From IMG/VR virus record IMGVR_UViG_3300033233_001970: a stretch of 64,000 bases of DNA. One strand, 5' to 3'. The notes beneath the pieces were generated by a model. It worked only from the letters and a program-made list of their open reading frames with translations, did not search any database and had not been told where the DNA came from. A program made the position numbers and the translations under genes. The first letter of the stretch is position 1. Each line of letters opens with the position of its first letter. Positions 59,130 to 64,000 of the stretch are shown here, piece after piece. Origin of the DNA: a virus. Lineage: Duplodnaviria > Caudoviricetes.

Positions 59130-60847
59130 CGTTCGATCGCATCTGCGGTTAGTCGAGCGCTGCGAATGAGTACGTCGTTCGGTGGGATACTCGGGTCTGT
59201 GTTGTTTGCGCACTCGCGCATCCATGCAACGATTTCTCGAACGACGCGCGCCTGCGGAGTTTCTCTGTACGGTGAGACCACCATCACCGAAATCTTTTCG
59301 GCATGTACTTGTCGGATATGATGATCCCGAAGTGCTCTTCCATTTTCGACTGAAACACACGCCAGTCGTCGAGCGTGACCGTGCTGTGCGTGCAGTAGAG
59401 GCACTCGCCGTGCTCTTGCTGCTCGGTCATGGGTCGGTGAACGTCGATTCCGTTTTTGCCGAAGCGGCCGAGCAGTCCAGCTTCTCCGTTGACCCAAACG
59501 GTCACGCCGTCTGAAAGAATGTCGTAGAGCTCGACGCGGTTCATCGCGCGACCGCCGAGGTTAGAGAGCACGCCGCCGCCAGCGCCGCGAAAGCGAGCGC
59601 TAGCGCGAGTAGGTTCGCGTAGAGGAGGTTTGGATCGCGTTTCATTCTTCGTGCAGCTCCTCGGGCCACGCTTCGATCTCCGTACCATCCTCGAACCGGA
59701 TGGCATACATCGGCAGCGCCTCCGCGTCGTGATTTTCGTCCGGCTCACTGATGACGCGCAAAACCTCGCACCATTGGCCGTCGCGGTCGGCGTGTTGCGT
59801 GTACGGAGTACGAAACGTCAGATTCGTGACAGATTGCGAATTACGCATCGTCATCATCCTCGCGACGAAGGTTCCCGAGCGCGTCTGTGAGGTCGGACAT
59901 GTGATGGATGTGTCTTTCCGCCGTTTGGAGCGCGTCGTCGATTTTCTCCTCCGGTGTGAGATTGCGCCATCCGATCGTCATGCCTTTCGCGCGCTCTTCT
60001 TCCGTAGGATCTCGGCCGCGCTGCTTGTTACTACGCACGATCGCGCCGGTTGTTGCGAGCGCGAGCCAGTAGGCGGCGTAGCTTCTATGAATCTCGAATT
60101 GATTTTCGAGCCGTTTGATGTGGCGTTCGCGTTCTTTAGGCTGCACTTTTCTTTTCCCTCACTCTCACGCACGCACTCTTGTGTTCGGGCGGGTAGCCCG
60201 CGAGCTCCCATGCTCCAGGTTTGCGATCAGGCAGCACTTCGACGGTTGTTACGCTCGCGCCGCTTTCGTCGCGCAGACCGAGGTACACGTTGACGGTGCA
60301 GCCAGGCGCTTCGATGTGAAGCACTTGATCGTTTTTCGTGGCGCGGATTGTACGAAGGCGGCTCATAAGCGTACCGGCCTTTCAGATTCGCTCGCGAGCT
60401 TCCGCGCGGCGTCGAGGTTGACGGGCTTTGTTGTGCTCATCGCGACCTCTTGCAGCACTTCGCCTTCGAGCCCGCAGTGCAGAGCCGGTGGATGTGATCG
60501 GCTCGTACGTCCAGCCGTTCCGCACTTCGTTCTAGCGTGGCCGCTGACTGCGCAGCTTCGGTGCGCACGCGGTTCGCTTCCGTGCGTAAGTCTGCGGCGG
60601 CTGCACGCCATTGCCGAACCTCCTCGCGATGGTCGTAGGCGGGATGGTCGGCGCCCGCACTTCGGCCACGTACCCCGGATCGCGTCATCACCTCACCTCT
60701 TTCTCTTGATCGAACGGCTTGCGCGCCATCGGGCGCGATGTCCACGATCGGCATCGTGAACTGCGCAGGCAGACAGCGCGGACTGTTGAAAAAATCTACG
60801 TAGCCCTCATCCATGCATTCGCCGCGAATTTGCTCGAAACGTCGCAC

Positions 60848-61093
60848 CGCCGCTCAGCTCACCGGCCGGCTTGACGACCGTGACCTGTTCACCGTTGACC
60901 CTTACACTGTGCGTCCACTCGGGCGCCAGCACGGTCGCCAGGGTGAGCGCGGCGTAGGCCGTGGTTTCGCGCCCGTCTTTGGCGCTCACGATGGCTTCTA
61001 GCTGCTCTCGCGTCATACGTGTCCCATTAGTAATACACGGCCTAGAGGCTGTCAATACCGTCAGTCGACGCGACGGCGACCTCGCCCCACCTT
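60848..61093. repeat. composite repeat A + GG + B, copy 2 (246 bp)
   Basis: Equals 58502-59129 with 58595-58978 replaced by GG. Confidence 0.95.
61018..61055 (-). promoter_or_regulatory. duplicated copy of the 59054-59091 promoter
   Basis: Identical sequence within repeat B copy 2. Confidence 0.55.
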
Positions 61094-62169
61094 GCGTGAG
61101 GTGATCGAGAGTCGAGCAGCCTGGGAAATAGCGCATGGTTTGCTCGATTTCGCGAGCTTCCTCGGGTGCGCATTTGGTCGCTTCGATGATGAGTTGTGAA
61201 TAGATTCTCATTCGTCCTCGTACTCCCCCAATTCCTTCCAATCGCTGCCGTCGTCCTCTTCCGGTTTCCATCCCGGAGGGCCAAGGTATTTCTCTTCCAT
61301 CGATTTCAGCCAATCGAATAGCGGTTGGTTCTGGTAGCTGGCCGGATACACATCCGTACAAGCCGTTTCTTGGAGGTGAAACCACGTCCCGAACGGCGAG
61401 AATGATTTCGGATCGGGATCGTTCTTACGAAAATCGACGAGAACCTTGCAATTCTTGCATCGGGCCGGTTCGCTTTGCTCTGTAGAGATGTGATTCGGTA
61501 ACTCGTCCGGCAATTCTTCCCACGGAATCGCCGTACCCACAGTGAGGCTCGTCTCCCAGTGGTATTCGACGTCGAGCCGAAGACCGAACTTGCGGCGAAG
61601 CCCTACGAAACCTCGGACGTCTTTGCTAAAGACGGCGATCGGCCCAAAGTTTCGTGTATCGACGCGGTACAGCCGTCGATCCTTGCACCGGTCGAGCGGG
61701 ATGCGATCCAGGGTTCCGCTTTCGTTGCGGTAGTACAAACTGCGCCTCACTGAAAATTCGGGTTGCCTTCTTTGTATTTCTTGACGGCTTCCGCAGGAGT
61801 GAACCCATCGTCGAAGCAGTAGAACCAGCACGGATCTTCGACGAGCTTTGCCGTTGCGTTCTGATCGATCCCGAGTAGCTCGCCGCACTCTTTGATGAAG
61901 CGGAAGAATCGATCGCGGTGCGCCGCGCGTAGTTGATCGATCACGGTTCGCCTCCAGCCTTGATCGACGAGTGAATCGGTGGGCAGAGGACGACACCTTT
62001 TCGATCGATTCCTGTTCCCGTCAAAATGCCCAAAACATCATCAGGTCGTCGCGAGGAGGGAAGCCCTCTTCGCGGTCGCTCCCGAGAGCGAGTGACATTT
62101 TGAGGCACGGCATCGTCCAGCACGTAGAAGCGTCACGGCGGCACCACGGACATTTGCCCCAAATGGGAA

Positions 62170-62991
62170 TCACGATGCCGACTTCTTCTTTTCCAGCGAC
62201 CGCATGAGAAGCTCGGCGAGATCGACGACGCCGACGCTCGCGATCCCAGGCCCCTTCGCCGCAGAGGGCACGCCATCGCCCGCGCCGTCCACGATATCGC
62301 CCGCCGCCGCCTTGGCGTCCGCCGCTTCTTCGACGGAAGCGCGGTAGGTATCGATGAGCTTTGTGGGATCGAATGCCGAGGTCAATTCGTCCACGAGCTT
62401 CTCGGCCATTTCACGCTCACGCTCGGTGATGTTTTTGACATCGGGTCGCGCCAGCGTTTCCGAGCTCACGATTTCTTCCGGGTAGCGCATCGTTTCGATG
62501 GCGAAAAATCCGTCCCTTGCACGCAAAAGACCGAGCCTTGGTTTTGTCCGTAATTTGATCTTCACGAGCGCAGCGCGCCCCGTGTCCGCCAAAACCATCC
62601 GCAAAAGCTCGAAACCTCGAGCGCTCTTCGGACTCTTTCCGCCCGGAGCGATCCAATAGCTTTTCTCGAAGTACGCGGAATCGACCTCGTTTGGATCGAC
62701 GAACTGCACGATTTCGATCGAGCCTTTCGTCTCCTCGCCGCCATCCATTTCGGCAAGCTCTTCTTTCGTGAAGAAAGCGTACTTGCCATCGCCGATCTCG
62801 TAGCCCTTACCAATCTCCTCCCACGGCACATCGACCGCGCAGGATGCGCAGCGCCGGATCAGATTGATCCGCGTTCCACAAATGGTGTGAAGCTGGTTGA
62901 ACTTCGGGGCGAGATCCTTCGTCGCGCTGTAGAGCTTGACGGGGATCGTCACCATTCCAAACACGATGTCTCCGGTCCAAAATGCTCTCAT
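62170..62991 (-). CDS. ku: Ku DNA end-binding protein (NHEJ)
   Basis: MRAFWTGDIVFGMVTIPVKLYSAT...FNQLH...EIGKGYE...IEIVQFV...YFEKSYW...VVDLAELLMRSL; AAGGAG RBS. Confidence 0.95.
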   Translation of the reverse strand: MRAFWTGDIVFGMVTIPVKLYSATKDLAPKFNQLHTICGTRINLIRRCASCAVDVPWEEIGKGYEIGDGKYAFFTKEELAEMDGGEETKGSIEIVQFVDPNEVDSAYFEKSYWIAPGGKSPKSARGFELLRMVLADTGRAALVKIKLRTKPRLGLLRARDGFFAIETMRYPEEIVSSETLARPDVKNITEREREMAEKLVDELTSAFDPTKLIDTYRASVEEAADAKAAAGDIVDGAGDGVPSAAKGPGIASVGVVDLAELLMRSLEKKKSAS

Positions 62992-63244
62992 TGGTTTTCT
63001 CCTTCGCTTTTTCCCAATGCGCTTTCGATGACGTGAGCGACGCGCTTTTCGAGATTCTTGATTTCTCGGTAGTACGCCTCTCGCGCCCGACTGAACTCGT
63101 CGTATTTTTCGCGATTTTGCGTTCCGTCTTCGTTTGTGACGCCAGCGTCGTTCGGGAACGTCGGCCATACGAGTCCGCGCACGGTGCAGCGCACGTCGGC
63201 GCCTCCGTCTGCGTGAAGCTTTACGAAGCAAACTTGATCGATTT

Positions 63245-63646
63245 TCATTTGATATCCTTGAGCGTGCCGGCGACTCGAACAGCGCGTTTCTCCGAGCGCC
63301 GTTTTTGTGCCTCTTTTGAGCGATGCTTCCCGACTTTCTTTTTCGGGATGAACGCCTGACTTCCCCACGGCGTATGCTTCGCGAGCTTGCTTTGCTTGGC
63401 AGCTTTGCGCGCCTTGAGAAATGCTTCGCGGATTGTGTGTCCGTAGAAGAATGCTTTGGGCATGTACGAATACCCGAGCGCGACGACCCAAATGTTGCCG
63501 TGACCGCGATCGATCTGCGCAGGTGTTGGCTTGACGCCGAAGTTCTTCATGCTCGCGACGTCGGCGAGAACGCGATTGATCTGCGTTCCCGGCGCCGTGC
63601 TCGGTTCGAGCTTGGCGATTTCGCAGTCGATGTTCCATTTCATCAT
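63245..63646 (-). CDS. basic hypothetical protein
   Basis: GGAG RBS; Lys/Arg-rich C-terminus. Confidence 0.55.
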   Translation of the reverse strand: MMKWNIDCEIAKLEPSTAPGTQINRVLADVASMKNFGVKPTPAQIDRGHGNIWVVALGYSYMPKAFFYGHTIREAFLKARKAAKQSKLAKHTPWGSQAFIPKKKVGKHRSKEAQKRRSEKRAVRVAGTLKDIK

Positions 63647-64000
63647 GGGTCACTCCAGCATTCGATTTGATCGAACTCGGTAGACGACGGCGATCGTGCT
63701 TTGCAGCAATTGCAATCGTTGTCCGGCATGATGCGACAATGGCAATTCGAGCATTGGACGAGCGGGACGGCGCGAATAGCAGCGAGTGCGCGTCTGCAAA
63801 GGGCGCGCGACGGGACGGGTCACCGCCGCCTCGGCCCGCGGAACCAATCGGTACACGCTTCGTCCCATGAATCCCTCCGGTTCCTCCGTCGTCCTACAAG
63901 GATTTCGCGCCGTACAGCTTCGAGTTCTCCGCGGGCGGGTTTCAGGGCGGGCTGATTTTCCACGGGAGCCACGACGGCGGCGGGAGCGGCGCGGCGCCGA

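Larger units (their letters stand above)
1..64000. mobile_element. segment of a large bacteriophage / prophage-like element (accessory, early-gene-like region)
   Basis: Very high density of short hypothetical ORFs with ATGA/TGATG overlaps; two long single-strand blocks; homing endonucleases, orphan MTase, Ku, tail-type lysozyme; no housekeeping operons. Ends, structural module and integrase are not in the window. Confidence 0.85.

Noticed and set aside
60848-61093. IS/MITE or attL/attR pair
   Set aside because: No terminal inverted repeats, target-site duplication, transposase or integrase; the copy is a spliced version of nearby sequence.

Overview
This window reads as part of a large bacteriophage (or prophage-like element) genome. 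It is densely packed with mostly small, translationally coupled ORFs in two convergent blocks: + strand 1-35789 and - strand about 35800-64000. Recognisable genes include XRE, excisionase-type, Fis and RHH regulators, a histone-H1-like protein, an ADP-ribosylglycohydrolase, a macrodomain protein, an NDT-NUDIX fusion, an HD hydrolase, a DNA methyltransferase, DEDDh and PD-(D/E)XK nucleases, HNH and LAGLIDADG endonucleases, a tail-type lysozyme, a nucleotidyltransferase and Ku. No capsid, terminase, integrase, rRNA, tRNA or canonical CRISPR array was recognised. A Cys-rich lipoprotein and the H1-like protein suggest a myxobacterial host (inference). The standout feature is at 5043-6414: a stand-alone 199-aa Cas7/RAMP-like gene and one small accessory gene, interleaved with four non-coding tracts of tandem GGY-NN pentamers (11, 16, 12 and 11 units). 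The trinucleotide is constant, the dinucleotide is hypervariable, and each tract is closed by the same GGACTCT-TNAA-(A/G)G(A/G)G hairpin. This looks like a compact non-CRISPR RNA-guided system whose information lies in the NN positions. Other observations are a 246-bp promoter-carrying composite duplication, an ADP-ribose-reversal enzyme set, and many single-base frameshifts that may be assembly errors. All family calls come from motif recognition by eye; no database search was run.
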